Of a DNA stretch of 64,000 nucleotides, positions 1 through 12,021 are shown piece after piece (the first letter of the stretch is position 1; each line of letters starts with the position of its first letter). Location: positions 235,300 to 299,299 of the forward strand of contig JALMLS010000076.1 of assembly GCA_038496445.1 (NCBI GenBank). Reading direction: 5' to 3'. The notes beneath the pieces were generated by a model. It was not told where the DNA came from. It saw only the letters and a program-made list of their open reading frames with translations, and did no database searches. The stretch is from Trichosphaerium sp. ATCC 40318. Taxonomy: Eukaryota > Protista > Tubulinea. The position numbers and the translations under genes are program-made.

Positions 1-1292
1 GAAATTAAAATCATTAATACGTATAAGCTTAAGAGTGGCAATTACCTGTGCTGTAACAGATACTGAAGGCGAAGCTGCTGCTGCAGCCTTAGCACGACGT
101 GCTTCTGCACGTGCTCTCCTTCGTAATTCTCGTTTTCTGTCAGATTCTGACATACCAGCGAGAGTAGGATCATCCTGGAACAAGAACATTAGTTGCAGCT
201 TTAGAATGGATATTTCAAATTAAATAGTTCCCAAAAAGTACCTCAGCATCTTGTGCAACACGATCTCTGGCACTTCTAATCTTTTCTTGTTCTTGACGTT
301 TTCTTTCGTCTTCTTCACGTCTTAGAGCTTCAGCAGCTTCTCTACGGGCTGCTTGCTCTCTAAATAAAGCTTCTTCCTCTTGTTTACGTATTTCTTGCTC
401 CTCTTGACGTAGTTGTTCCTCTTTTCTCTTAGCTTCCTCATCTGCAGCACGTTTACGTTCTAATTCCGCTGCTGCTTCTCTGTCAGCCTTAGCTTTAGCC
501 TCCTCTTCAGCTTTTGCATCTTCGGCAGCTTTGGCATCTGCTGCAGCTTTAGCTGCTTTATCTGCCTCTTCTTCCTCTGCTACACGTCTAAATAGCTATT
601 AACCGACAAAGTTACAATAAATGTCGAATTACTTTGCGTCTTCTGCACTCATATCTGGTTCGGGGGTGGGCGTGGGGGTGGGATTTGGCTTAGGCGACTA
701 TTTATAATAAGAAGGAGATAACACGGAGCGAGAAGCAAAAAACTTTCAAAAGCAATTTAAACTCAAAAAAAATCAGTTGGTAAGCGTACTGCGAGCCCGT
801 TTCTTCTGGCTTCTCTTTCCTGGCGTTTTCGTTCGCGTTCAGCTTCCCACTCTTCCTCTTCGCGCTTACGCTTCTCCTCACGCTCTTTTCGTTTCCTTTC
901 TCGCTCCTAGAACACGTCATTAATAACGTTTTTGGGCCAAGTTTAAATAAAATTAGTAAAGTTCTTTTGAAGTTTTAGTACATAACCAGGGATAATAGAG
1001 TGTGTTTGTTGTACCACAAAAGTAGCTTTTTTTGTCAAACAAAGCAATTGTCCTTAAAGCGTGTACATTAAATAGAAGAGCTCTTATTATGTTGAATGGT
1101 ACGTTTTGTAAAGTGTTTTATTGTGTTTTAAATGTAACGCAGTGATATCGACAAATAACCAACAGGTTGTTATTTAAACTCGCTTTGTACCTCTTTTCGT
1201 AATCTGTCCTCTTCGTCCATTTTCCGCTGGCGCTCTTCGCGCTCTCTGGCGCGCCTGGCTCTACGTTCCTCAAGAGTTTCCGACTCGGACAT
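1..1292 (-). CDS. 5' part of a multi-exon gene for an E/R/A-rich coiled-coil protein; continues off the left edge
   Basis: ATG at 1292 (MSESETLEERRARRAREREERQRK...); exons ~1191-1292, 790-907, 633-697, 243-587, 46-174 joined by GT-AG introns; no recognisable domain in the visible part. Confidence 0.7.
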
Positions 1293-1552
1293 GCTACAAT
1301 GCGTTGTAGTTTATGTTACACTCTTAACACTGACACTTGCAATTGCACTTAACCTCAAGGTTCCGTTTTTGAAAAACGCTCTTATTAAAAGCTACAAACG
1401 CTAATACGCTGCACAGCGCATAAATATAATTTCTTTTATTTTACTCTTTAAGCCAACTGTCTAATTCCGCAATAAGGCTTGTACGCTACGTACTCACATT
1501 AGTGAGTTGTTGTAACGTTACTGTATAGCTAGTAAAGTGACAGGATGACAAA

Positions 1553-4418
1553 CTATTTCCGAGGTGCCAAGCGAAACGATCCACTAGAGCTTCGTCTACG
1601 CGCTAGGTGGATAATGTAAGCGATACGAACAGTCTCAAATCACGCAAAAAAGATACAAATTGGGCTAAAGCAAAGAAGCGACAAAAAGTTCTATCTTCAG
1701 CGTACACGACGATGTAGGTGTACCAGGGCCATCTGCTGCTACTTTCATCATTTTTTGTATAATACGGACAATCTACAAAACAGCAAGTCAAAAAAACTTT
1801 GCAACTAACTTGGCTTATTTACCTTTGAAAATGAAGGTCTGTTCTTTACTTTCTGAGCCCAGCAGGATTTAATAAAATTTTTGTAATCCTTTGGACATTC
1901 CTTTGGAATAGCAGGTCTCTTACCAGCTATAACAAGAGAAGGAATATTAAACGATGATTGATCTTCAAAAGGGATTTTTCTCGTCAACATCTCATACAGT
2001 ACTACAAAGTGCATCAGTAGAACCATACAACTTATCTGATAGCGTTACCTGCACCAAAACTATAAACGTCTGCCTTTTCTGTGTACTTTTGATTCTCAAA
2101 TATCTCTGGAGCTATCCAAGCAACAGTACTAGAGCTAAAAGTTAGTGCTACCAATCCAAACACAAAACAATAAAAAAAAAGCTTATTTCGAAACATACCC
2201 GACATTACCCGTCATATTCTTCTTTGTGTCTATAACACGGCTATAAAGCATTATTAGATACAATACAGTACAAAAATACCATATAACAAAGAAAATACCT
2301 TAAACCAAAGTCACAAACCTTTGCTATTGTGCAGTTGTCTTTGACCTTTAAAAAAAAACATTAACTTCGGAAATACCTTTTTTGATATGGCTCACGGCCT
2401 TCTCACGTACCAGTATATTACAACTCTTCAGGTCTCTGTGTATTAAATTACAACTATGTAGGTACTCCATACCACGTGCTACTTGAAGGGCAATAGAGTA
2501 CATTTTTTTCTTATCAAGAACATAATCTTCATCTTCGATATAATAATATAAATTTTGTTCCATTAACTCAGTTACAATTGTGTACTTTCCATCCTCTGTA
2601 GTAAAGATTATGAACAAGAAATATACGCCAAAAACATACCTGTACAACCACCAATACAAAGAACTAAATTAGGATGCCGCACAAGGCTAAAACAAGTCAG
2701 CGAAAAGGAATCATCAAACAACTTGTTTTTTGTATTGTACCTCATGATACTTAACTCACGCATGAATTCTGTAGGGTTACTAACTCCTCGAAACTTCTTG
2801 ACTGCAACAACTTGATCACGCCATTTTGCTAAAACAGTTCATTACACATCAAGAACAAAATGAAACTTCGGGTAACTCCATACCTTTAAACACAGACGCT
2901 TCTGTACCATCACCAAGTTTACCTTTATTCAAGTCAATCTCGTACTCTGACGCTGGTATCTCTTCATGTATTATAAGCTAAAAATAAGGGTTAATTGGAA
3001 GGATCAATGTAATGCTATTACCCCATCTCCATTACTACCAAGAAGATGCGCAAGTGTTTGTTTCTCCTTTAAAATAGCAGAACAAATTGTATCGCGAGAA
3101 AGAGCAAAATCTGAACTACAAAGCAATGTAAATAACTCAAAGATTACGCCCACAGAAAAATAAAAAAAATACTTACGGTGGATCTAAAATACATTTACCA
3201 AGAGTCTTTGCAATCAATGATTTAATTTCTGGATCACCAGAAGAATTCATTAATCGCATAACTGTATCAAGTTCTTCCTGAGTATACAAACCTTAAAACA
3301 AAGTCAATCGAAAAAAAAAAAAAAACACCAAAAAACATTTCATTTTCCATTTTTATAACATGCCTCTAGTCTCCAATTTACCGCTCTTTAGCAATCCTTC
3401 AATCTCTGATGATTTTTCTGCTTCTGTTTTATTATCCACGTGATATATTTGGGATCTAAATAACGTGTCAGGTTGCAACTTGTTTAAATCTTTAAATCTC
3501 TTAAAACTTGCGTTAGAATATTCTGTTCATCTGTAGATGGTAAGTGACGGATAGGGTAAAAGAAGTTTCTATATGCTAGAGCCATTTGGCTTGCTACAAG
3601 CCTAGAATTCGCCATTAGTTTAATTTGCTTTAAAATAAATAAAACGTGTCTTACCTTTTGCGCTCAGTGGATAATTTACCAAAGCAGAATGTTGGTATTG
3701 CTATTGTCTGTATTCCCTTTTGTTGTGAAGAATTCTTTGACAGTGCTTGTTTATTATGTTTTAACACCTCTATAAGTACGCCACGCATGGCGTTGTATGC
3801 ATAGTCTGTGTTTGGGGTTTGTCTAACCTCCGATTCTCGTCTTACAAGTGACACGATAGCAACGTACTTGTAAGGTACTCCAGCTTCCTTAGGAGCCTGC
3901 ATTTATTGCGTTAGACTAACGTTTAGGCAATGTAAACTGCGTGCTTTTAAGAGAAACGCTGTTCCAGCTGGTTGCTCGCCATAGTAATTGTGGAGTATGT
4001 AGTTGTTTACCTTAGCAACAAACTTCTCGCCAAAGGGTCTTCGACGTAGTATTTAGGGGTATAGCCAAAAGTAGCTTATTTTAACGTACGAAAGGTAGTA
4101 ATCGGCCACAACGTACTCGCTTGAGTGCCCAAAAGCGCTTGGTATTGGTATTACCTTGATTCTAATTTAGTCGACATGCCATAAAATAAAATAGCGCACC
4201 AAACAATCTATAGACGCATATGATTGGAATGGGTCTTTTGTAACTGTTGCATTAGGGAAAGCATGAAAGTAGTCCTGAAATTGAGGTGCAGACACATCAT
4301 CTCCTTGTATTTCTTGTAGGAGCAATATCTGAACTGATTCCATTACCAACAAGTGCAATTTCTGTAATAAAATTAGCTCTTCTTACGTAACAATTCTCCA
4401 AATTAAAACGGAAGCCAT
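1553..4418 (-). CDS. Tyrosine-kinase-like (TKL) protein kinase with N-terminal degenerate macro domain
   Basis: Spliced kinase motifs LGDGTEASVFKG, VAVKKF, HPNLV, IHRDLKSCNIL, KVCDFGLSR, WIAPE, DVYSFG, CWAQKVKNRPSF; N-terminus YILHNYYGEQPAGTAFLL / TDYAYNAMRGVLIEVLKHN / IQTIAIPTFCFG / VASQMALAY resembles macro (Appr-1-p) domains; start could be 4418 or 4436. Confidence 0.88.
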
Positions 4419-4510
4419 TTTGTCAGAGCAAGTCATCAACGGCTCAAAATAAAACCACAAGAACTGTTTTGTGTCTGTCAGTTAAAGCAGAATAAAAACA
4501 AACACTAATA

Positions 4511-5924
4511 ATGAAAAGTACACCAAAGAAACGTAAACAAAGGCGTAATGCCAAACTTATTAAAAGGATGAGCGAGATACTAGATGACCTATGCTGGTAA
4601 GAGGAATTCTGATTTGTGTAATACCAGTTGGTTAATTTCTATTTAGTCGCTTCGTTATAAACTGCCCTGAAGAGGAATGGGCTTTTGAGCGTATTTGCTT
4701 TCAAATAGAACAAGCTCATTGGTTTTACGAAGATTTTTACCGGTAAGTGCACTCCCCAGCGCTGCAGTACCATAAATCGCTCATTTTCATGATTCATTGT
4801 TATTCTAACTCCTTTTAAGAGAAAATGACGATAAACTGCCTCAAATGAATTTGCGTGTATTCTCAGAGAAGAGTACGTACCTATTTCGAGTGTATTTTAG
4901 ATTCAATTGACACTTTTAACGTTCTTAAACAGTTTTTGCGCACTGTCCTCTTTTGCACCTTTACGGAGATCAGTTTGAACAGATCTTTGATGTTTTTAAG
5001 AATTACAAAATGCGTGTGCCTGTATACGGCGCTATAATTCTAAATGCTACACTTGATAAGTGCTTATTGGTACGCATTGATTTTATTTTTTTATTTCAAC
5101 CCACGTGGGTATCAATAGCCGTGGTGTGCTTGACAAGTATTTTTTTGTTGACGATTTTTTCTTTTTAGGTTCAAGGATGGGGTCAGCGCTCTAGTTGGGG
5201 TTTCCCACGAGGAAAAGTAAATAAGGATGAAGACGGATTATTATGCGCCATTAGAGAAGTTTATGAGGAGATAGGGTTCGACTTAAAAGGTCACGTCTCC
5301 GAAAAGGATCATCTCAAACTTTTCAGGTATGTTTTTTTTTTTTAGCTCTGGTATTTCTCTTGGAATAGAGGTGATAAAACCTTGGTACTAACAATCTTTC
5401 ATAGGAACGAACAAGAGTGCAAGTTGTATATTGCGCCTTTTATACCAGAAGATACGTTTTTTGAGCCTCAGACTCGAAAAGAAATTGGCGTAAGAATTTT
5501 GTTGCTGTTTTTTAGTTTTAGTTTTGACTATTATTTTAGGCAATACAATGGGTCAAGGTATCTGATCTACCATCCCAACAGTCAAAAAATGGAAAGGATA
5601 GAAGTAAATACTTCCTAGTGTTGCCTTTTGTAAAGAAACTAAGACAATGGATAAAACGTAAAAAGCGTGCTATGGCAGTACGCATTTTTCTTTCACTTCG
5701 ATTTGTTGTTTTTTTTTTGTTGTTTGGTTTTTTTAACGCCTATGTAGAATGATAATGATGCTGCTGTTCAAGAAGTAGATGATGATCATATTGTAGAAGA
5801 TGTTGAGGAAGAAATAGATACTGAACCTATTGATGTTATCCAACATGACCAAAGATATATCCCTTCTCTAGCAAATTTCAAGTTCGATAGAACTGCGATT
5901 ATGGAGTGCTTCAATAACCTGTGA
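4511..5924 (+). CDS. DCP2: mRNA decapping enzyme Dcp2 (Nudix)
   Basis: Box A ILDDLCCRFVINCPEEE...FQIEQAHWFYEDFYR; YKMRVPVYGAIILN; Nudix box WGFPRGKVNKDEDGLLCAIREVYEEIG; FEPQTRKEI; stop TGA 5922-5924. Confidence 0.95.
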
Positions 5925-8054
5925 TTTCATTTGGATTTCAATACAACCCTTCACGGCGACACAACAAAGCAATGAGGCCCTGTACAGCAATTTTTCTTCA
6001 ATCCTCAACCACGTGGGTGCTTCCTTGATGTTTTTCTTTGCTTCTTTTTTTACACTTTCGCTGGCGTATTCTTTTTCGCTTATGACCTAGTGACGCACGT
6101 GGTGGTCGGTCAGCCACACTAAGAGGTTGCAGGAACAACGCAACATCCAAAAGTTCGAGCTTTTCTATGTAATTATTGATAGTGACTTGTAACCGAGTAT
6201 TACACACCGTTGTTGCGTTTTCGGTGGGTTAGCGAATAAAAAGAGCATTTTGAAGCGTACAAGAATAAATTGCGCGAAGGCAGTATTCAAACAGTAACTG
6301 GTACTTTAGGCGTTTTGATACGTATGTACCGTATTTTGCGTTGTACAAGCGAAAGTTGAGCAAAGGTACTTTAAACCTTTTTTTACGCGTATATATACTT
6401 CGGAAAACTCGTTGTAGATGGTTTCAAGTTCAATAAACACGTTTGAGATCTTTTCATCTCATTTCTCATTTTGTACGCTTGCTTATCCTTTGAACTTTCT
6501 TTCTAAGCGTAGAGGCGCTACTAGAGTGTAAAAAACAGTGAAACACACAAAACCATTTCTTTGCTGTTTCCTATTTTTGTTCTGAGGTATCCTAGAGGCT
6601 AGGGGCGGCACTCATTGGTGTTTTTACAGGTACCACAATAAATAGCTACTGCCACGGAAGCAATTTAAAAAGAGGATGTATGCTCTATTCACCAGCAATG
6701 AAGAAGATATCCTGACATGCAAGTGTTGGGAGCACTGTGTTAGTAGAATTTCCGTTTAGGATTTCTGCGTATGACCACTACATCTATCGGAGCTTTTTTG
6801 TTAAAGTCGGGTAAAAATGTGAGATTTTGTTGGTGTTGTATCATGGCACCACATGCTTTTTTTAAGTTCTACATGCTCTCAACGGCTTTGAAATTAGTTT
6901 GTGTTCGATACCATAGAAACCTAGTATCACGCAAAAAAAATGCAAGAATTGAATAATTTGAGTTTTACCCTATTTTTCTTGCAGGTTGTAGCCGGTCCCA
7001 ACTTAAACGGCTAAACGGCTATAGCCATTTGGCGACCACCTCTATGTACATACAAAGTACACAAAGAAGTGAAATGTAGTTGCAGATGGATTACCCTACT
7101 CGCAGGTCATTTCAATTCAAGTCGATTTTATTTGTAAATGTTGGTTGTGTACTTGTGGTCCAGGTGCAGGTACAGATGGAGGGACGTAAACGCTCGAACA
7201 GCTAGTAGGTGCAAAACACGCTCAAAAGAGCTTTAAAGTATCGTGAGTCTAAGAGGTAGACGTCATGGCTTCTTGCTAATGCATTAGAGTCCACAAAAGA
7301 AAGGCAAACACTATTTTGAATTAAAAGAGCGCCAAAAAGCCGACAGTGGCATCACAGTTACGCGAATATCTCTAATATTGCATACACGATCGTTTGAGAG
7401 CAAAAGTCAACAGAAAATCGGTAACGGTACGATCACGTTTTTTTGAAACCGAAAAGGCAAGTTACAGGTTCAAACCGTCACCAACGCTATGATACATTAC
7501 GTTATAAAATCGAGGCATGTTTTGAGCGACAAGCGCTTAAGGGAAGCTACAACAGAAAGATCACCCTTTTTTTGGATCAAAGCAACACGGAAACGTATTA
7601 CTTTACATTAATATCATACCACCAATAAATAAAGGTTGATTACGCAAATTCTCGGTTCTTTGGATTCTTATTGGCTTAATATCAGTTTTAAATATAGATG
7701 AGTATCAAAATACGCGTGTAAGATACCACGCAGGAACGCTGAAACCGGTGTAAGTTGTATTTAAGTATTTTTCGAATTTCACTTTTTTTCACACTTGTTT
7801 CTCAACATTGCAATCCCGATTTACTTCATAACTCCATATCTTAAAACCCAACATCAAAATCCGTACATCTGCTATCGATTGGCCCTTATATGCTTAGATT
7901 AACATGTACAACACACTGGACTGGTTTTCGCAAAAACTGTAGGAAACCACAATTTTTTTGCAACAAGAAATTACTTGGTTAAAAGGAAAATCGATTTTTT
8001 ATCTAGTGGAAGCATACGAATACTACAACTATAATATCTATACTTCTGCTTGAC

Positions 8055-8324
8055 ATGTCAAGACTACTCCGAGCAGTGCGAAAGTACGCTCGTAAAAAAT
8101 ACAATTCTCTCCTGGGCAGACCATTAGTGATTAAAGTCACGGTCACAGTCCCTAAAAGCATCTTGGTTAATACCAATCCAGACTACACATACGCTCTGAC
8201 TTGGGACCCACAGGTAGAAGACCTCTACTACCCACCTACAGGCGTATCAAATATCATAATGATATCCAGCTATGACATTGATCTAGCAAAAATGGCATTC
8301 GAAGGCGGAAGCCCAAGAATGTAA
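8055..8324 (+). CDS. Hypothetical 89-aa intronless ORF followed by an A-rich tract
   Basis: ATG-initiated ORF with protein-like composition; no recognisable family. Confidence 0.35.
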   Translation: MSRLLRAVRKYARKKYNSLLGRPLVIKVTVTVPKSILVNTNPDYTYALTWDPQVEDLYYPPTGVSNIIMISSYDIDLAKMAFEGGSPRM

Positions 8325-9124
8325 AAAAAACAAAAAAAAAAACAAAAAAAAAAAAACAAAAAAAAATTTTGCTAGAACCAATAGGTTATTGCAACAACCC
8401 CTTTTGTAGACAAATATCACTTTTTTTGCTGCCAAAGTATCGCTAGTAGCGAAAAAAAAACCCAATGATAAGAGTTTGTTGTTGGTATCACGTAGAGTTA
8501 CATTGTCGTAAGCGTTTGAAAATCAAAAGCTGCATCAACATACACCAGTCAAAAGTAGACCAGTCCTCAGATCACCAAAGAGCAACAAAGACAGTCTTGG
8601 GAGGAAAGGAACACATCTGTACTTGACAGAGAGCTCAAGCGCAGAGCGAGCGTGTGGTTTATTATTGCAAAGCAAAAGTGTTTTGAAATAAAAAGAAAAA
8701 GTTTTAAGTCTAACGCAGTTTCCGCTGGGTGGAGTGGGTGGGCGTTATCTGCTTTTTATCATAGTTATTGCTTGATTGGTGATGGACATCAAGTTGGCGG
8801 GTCCTCTTTGTTCAAACGTCGTGAAATGTACATCATGTTCATAAAAATGTTTCATCAAACCTTTGATTTGATGATGGTCAGTGCAAATTGCACGTGTTCA
8901 GTACTCGCGCACATTAACTCCTAATCATTAGCACATGACTTTCTTGTCCTACCCTCTATTGATGTATCCTTATACTGCACTTTGTATGGCGGTAGGACCA
9001 AAAAGTCAAGTGCTACTTAACTAGCTTAACGCTAAATTGAAACAGCGTTATTTCAGACAACTAATACACTGAAAGTGTTCAAATCATCTTGAAAGCATAA
9101 CACTAGGCATTATAGGCGCTTGAG

Positions 9125-10054
9125 ATGGAAGCACAACCAAACAATGCAAAGCGATGCTTTTCAGATGACTGTACAGTCATAGATTCTATCCTAGAACATA
9201 TCAACAGCGATATGTTCAATGCCATCGTCAGTATGGTGCTAATAGCAGAAGCACCAGCTGTAACGCAATTAAAAGCTACAAACAAACGCATTTATCAACG
9301 CATAGCATCTATACAGTCTTTTACGCCTGATAAACTAAAAGAAACCGCGTTTCTTCAAATACTCAACCCTGAGCGTCAAACATACCTAAAACTACTCAAA
9401 TCTATACAACAAGGCAAATACAGAGTATTTTGTGTTGATCAAGACAAAACAAGAATTATCTCGTTTACTTCACTCTATGAATCTCTATCAACACCTAAAT
9501 TACATGGTATGGGTATTAGACCAATGGCTGATGTTATTGAATACTCAAATATTAACGGAGCAATTCACATGAGTTGGCCTCAAGGTATTTTTTGTAAAGA
9601 CTGTATTTCTGTTCCAAGGCCTCATTTTGGAGATGGTTACCGTACCATTGCATCCGTGACTACACGTGATAAGAACGTTTGTGGTAGACATACTAATCAC
9701 AAGGAAGCTTTTATTCCTCTTGTATGTGTGACATGTAGCTTGGGGAATGCTATTTTTGAATGGGAAGGTAAGATATATTGTTCAAGATGTATGATAAAAA
9801 GTCCTGTTCGTTCTTTGAAGTATATGATTCATCATCGGGTTGTAGAAACTACAAAGTTTAAATCAAACTCCCCTGGGGTCTATAGTATTGCCAAGGATCA
9901 CTCAGTGCTTGTTGTGGAACTATTGGATGATGATATGAGGACAAAACTTGAAGATCCTAGCAGTTCTGCTTTTATTATTCAACAACTAAAAGAAAGCTTC
10001 TTTTATCAAGATCCTTTTGATAGTAGTTGCCTTTGGCTTCTTGCCTGGGATTAA
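9125..10054 (+). CDS. Intronless 309-aa hypothetical protein, F-box-like N-terminus and Cys/His pairs
   Basis: Uninterrupted ORF; ILEHINSDMFNAIVSMV...VTQLKATNKRIY is weakly F-box-like; CKDC, CGRH, CVTC, CSRC motifs. Confidence 0.65.
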   Translation: MEAQPNNAKRCFSDDCTVIDSILEHINSDMFNAIVSMVLIAEAPAVTQLKATNKRIYQRIASIQSFTPDKLKETAFLQILNPERQTYLKLLKSIQQGKYRVFCVDQDKTRIISFTSLYESLSTPKLHGMGIRPMADVIEYSNINGAIHMSWPQGIFCKDCISVPRPHFGDGYRTIASVTTRDKNVCGRHTNHKEAFIPLVCVTCSLGNAIFEWEGKIYCSRCMIKSPVRSLKYMIHHRVVETTKFKSNSPGVYSIAKDHSVLVVELLDDDMRTKLEDPSSSAFIIQQLKESFFYQDPFDSSCLWLLAWD

Positions 10055-10093
10055 ACGTTCCTGATTTTTCTGAGTACAGTAAAAAGTACTTCT

Positions 10094-10437
10094 TCAATCA
10101 ATAGCAATGAAGCTTTTTTTGTTTCCACCAGCAAATTCTCTTACAATATCATACTTAATATCACCTTTTAATATGACACTTGTGTTTCCAAGAATACCAC
10201 CATGTTGTACAATTCTTTTTGCTTGTTCAGGTGTCACTACAATTTCATGGTACCCAATGACTTCGTGAATCATTAAAGAGAGTAAGTGACAAGCTGCAAA
10301 TCTTGTTGTAGTTGTTTGTCGTAGAACATGCTCTAATATCTCAGGTGGAAACTTTAGAAATGTCACCTTAGCGCTGTCACGTAGACATCACATGTATCCG
10401 AGCGGCAAGTCGATACTGTGGGCACTGTTTTATGGAA
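10094..10437 (-). pseudogene. Truncated F-box(-LRR) family pseudogene
   Basis: FLKFPPEILEHVLRQTTTTRFAACH..LLSLMIHEVIGYHEI is paralogous to the 10669 gene; no in-frame ATG, 9-nt deletion, stops before the LRRs. Confidence 0.8.
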
Positions 10438-10668
10438 AACTGTCACAGAACTAGAGCCAAAAGTGGCTCTAAAGTTCGCGAAACATGGTCCTGGAAAGAC
10501 ATCCACGTTACCTCTAATGGTGTTGGTTTTATTCTTTTTCTTTGTTGACGCGCGACAGTTACCACGATTCATTTGGACTACCCTTTTCACCACGTGACTT
10601 CAGACAAACGTCGTGTATTTTCTTCATAACGCAGGCTCACCACAAGAAGAACGTGTACTCACAACCAT

Positions 10669-11838
10669 ATGGCCAATCGTTCAGTGACAGTTGATCGGTA
10701 CTACAACAATGTTGAATAGTGTTGTTTATTCTAAATAAATGCTTTCAGTACCACCGCTGCCAAGAGGAGTATTTTGGAGCTACCTACAGAGATTTTATCG
10801 AAAATTTTAAGTTTTACAACAACGTCGCGATTTGCTGCTTGTCAAACATGTCGTTTCTTCTCTTCTATCATTCATGACATTATTGGATACTACCATATTA
10901 AAATAAGAACAGAAAATCAAGTAAGAGCTGTTGTGAAGCATAGTGGTATTCTTCGAAACACAACAATCAGAGTAACCAACCATTCTCGTTACTTTTCTCC
11001 TGGCATCTTAAAACTATTTGCTGGTGTTCATTCAATCGATCTTTATACCTTTCTTGTAACAGATGAAGATGTGAAAGCGCTTTCTGGAGTTCATACCATA
11101 AATCTGTCTCGTACACCAATAACAGATGAAGGCGTAAGAGCACTTGCTGGCGTTCATACAATTGACCTTACTACAACTAATGTAACAGATAAAGGCATAA
11201 AGGCACTTGCTGGCGTTCACAGTATACGTCTTAATGATACTCAGGTGACAGATGAGGGTATAAAAGCACTAGCTGGTGTTCATTATATTCAACTTAGCAC
11301 CACTCAGGTAACAGATGAAGGCGTAAAAGCGCTTGCTGGCGTTCACACTATACATATTCGCGAAACTAAAGTAACTGATGAGGGTATTAAAGCGCTTGCT
11401 GGTGTCCATAAGATAAACCTTGAAGCCACTGCTGTAACAGATGAAGGTATAAAAGCACTTGCTGGCGTTCATACTATACTTCTTATTGGTACTAAAGTGA
11501 CAGATGAAGGCATAAAAGCACTAGCCGGTGTTCACACTATTAACCTCAGTGGCACTTCAGTAACTGATGAAGGCATAAAAGCACTAGCTGGTGTTCACAT
11601 TATTAACCTTGGTGGCACTTTAGTAACAGATGAAGGAATCAAAGCACTTGCTGGCGTTCATACTATTGACCTTTCATTAACTTCAGTCACAAATGAGGGT
11701 ATAAAAGCACTAAAAGGTGTTCACAGAATTTCCGTTTTTGGCACATCAGTAACAGATGAAGGTGTTAAAGCTCTAACTGGTTCATACCCTACATGGAGAA
11801 ATATTAATGGATTTCTGAAACTGCCTATGAGAATGTAA
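10669..11838 (+). CDS. F-box protein with 12 x 21-aa leucine-rich repeats
   Basis: Exon 1 10669-10697 (MANRSVTVDR), GT-AG intron 10698-10748, then TTAAKRSILELPTEILSKILSF (F-box) and GVHxIxLxxTxVTDEGIKALA repeats. Confidence 0.9.
11023..11778 (+). repeat. 63-bp tandem repeat x12 (LRR-coding)
   Basis: Unit ggYgttcaYnnnatHnnncttnnnnnnactnnngtaacagatgaaggYataaaagcacttgct. Confidence 0.95.
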
Positions 11839-12021
11839 ATTAAATTGATGTACAGCGGTACTTTGACAATATTATGGTTTGTTTATGCTAGCTAAAACGC
11901 AGAACAGTTTCTGAGTTAGTTTCATCTGTTCAATCAGTTGTTTCGAACACTTTAAGCCAAGTTGATTAAGAAGGTGATTGTCTGTAAAAATTTTACGAAA
12001 GGTCATGTGATTTCTTTTCAA

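Noticed and set aside
662-682. G-quadruplex-like G tracts
   Set aside because: Antisense of a PTPTPTP-coding exon
3340-3500. Apparent in-frame TAA codons suggesting a variant genetic code
   Set aside because: All fall inside introns once GC donors are allowed; TAA, TAG and TGA each terminate genes here
5950-7420. Possible multi-exon minus-strand gene or ncRNA cluster
   Set aside because: Some exon-like open frames, but no consistent model or recognisable motif
11023-11778. DGR-like adenine mutagenesis (variable codons mostly NNY) or CRISPR-like repeat/spacer array
   Set aside because: No reverse transcriptase or template repeat in the window; framework adenines are conserved; array is an in-frame protein repeat in a eukaryotic gene
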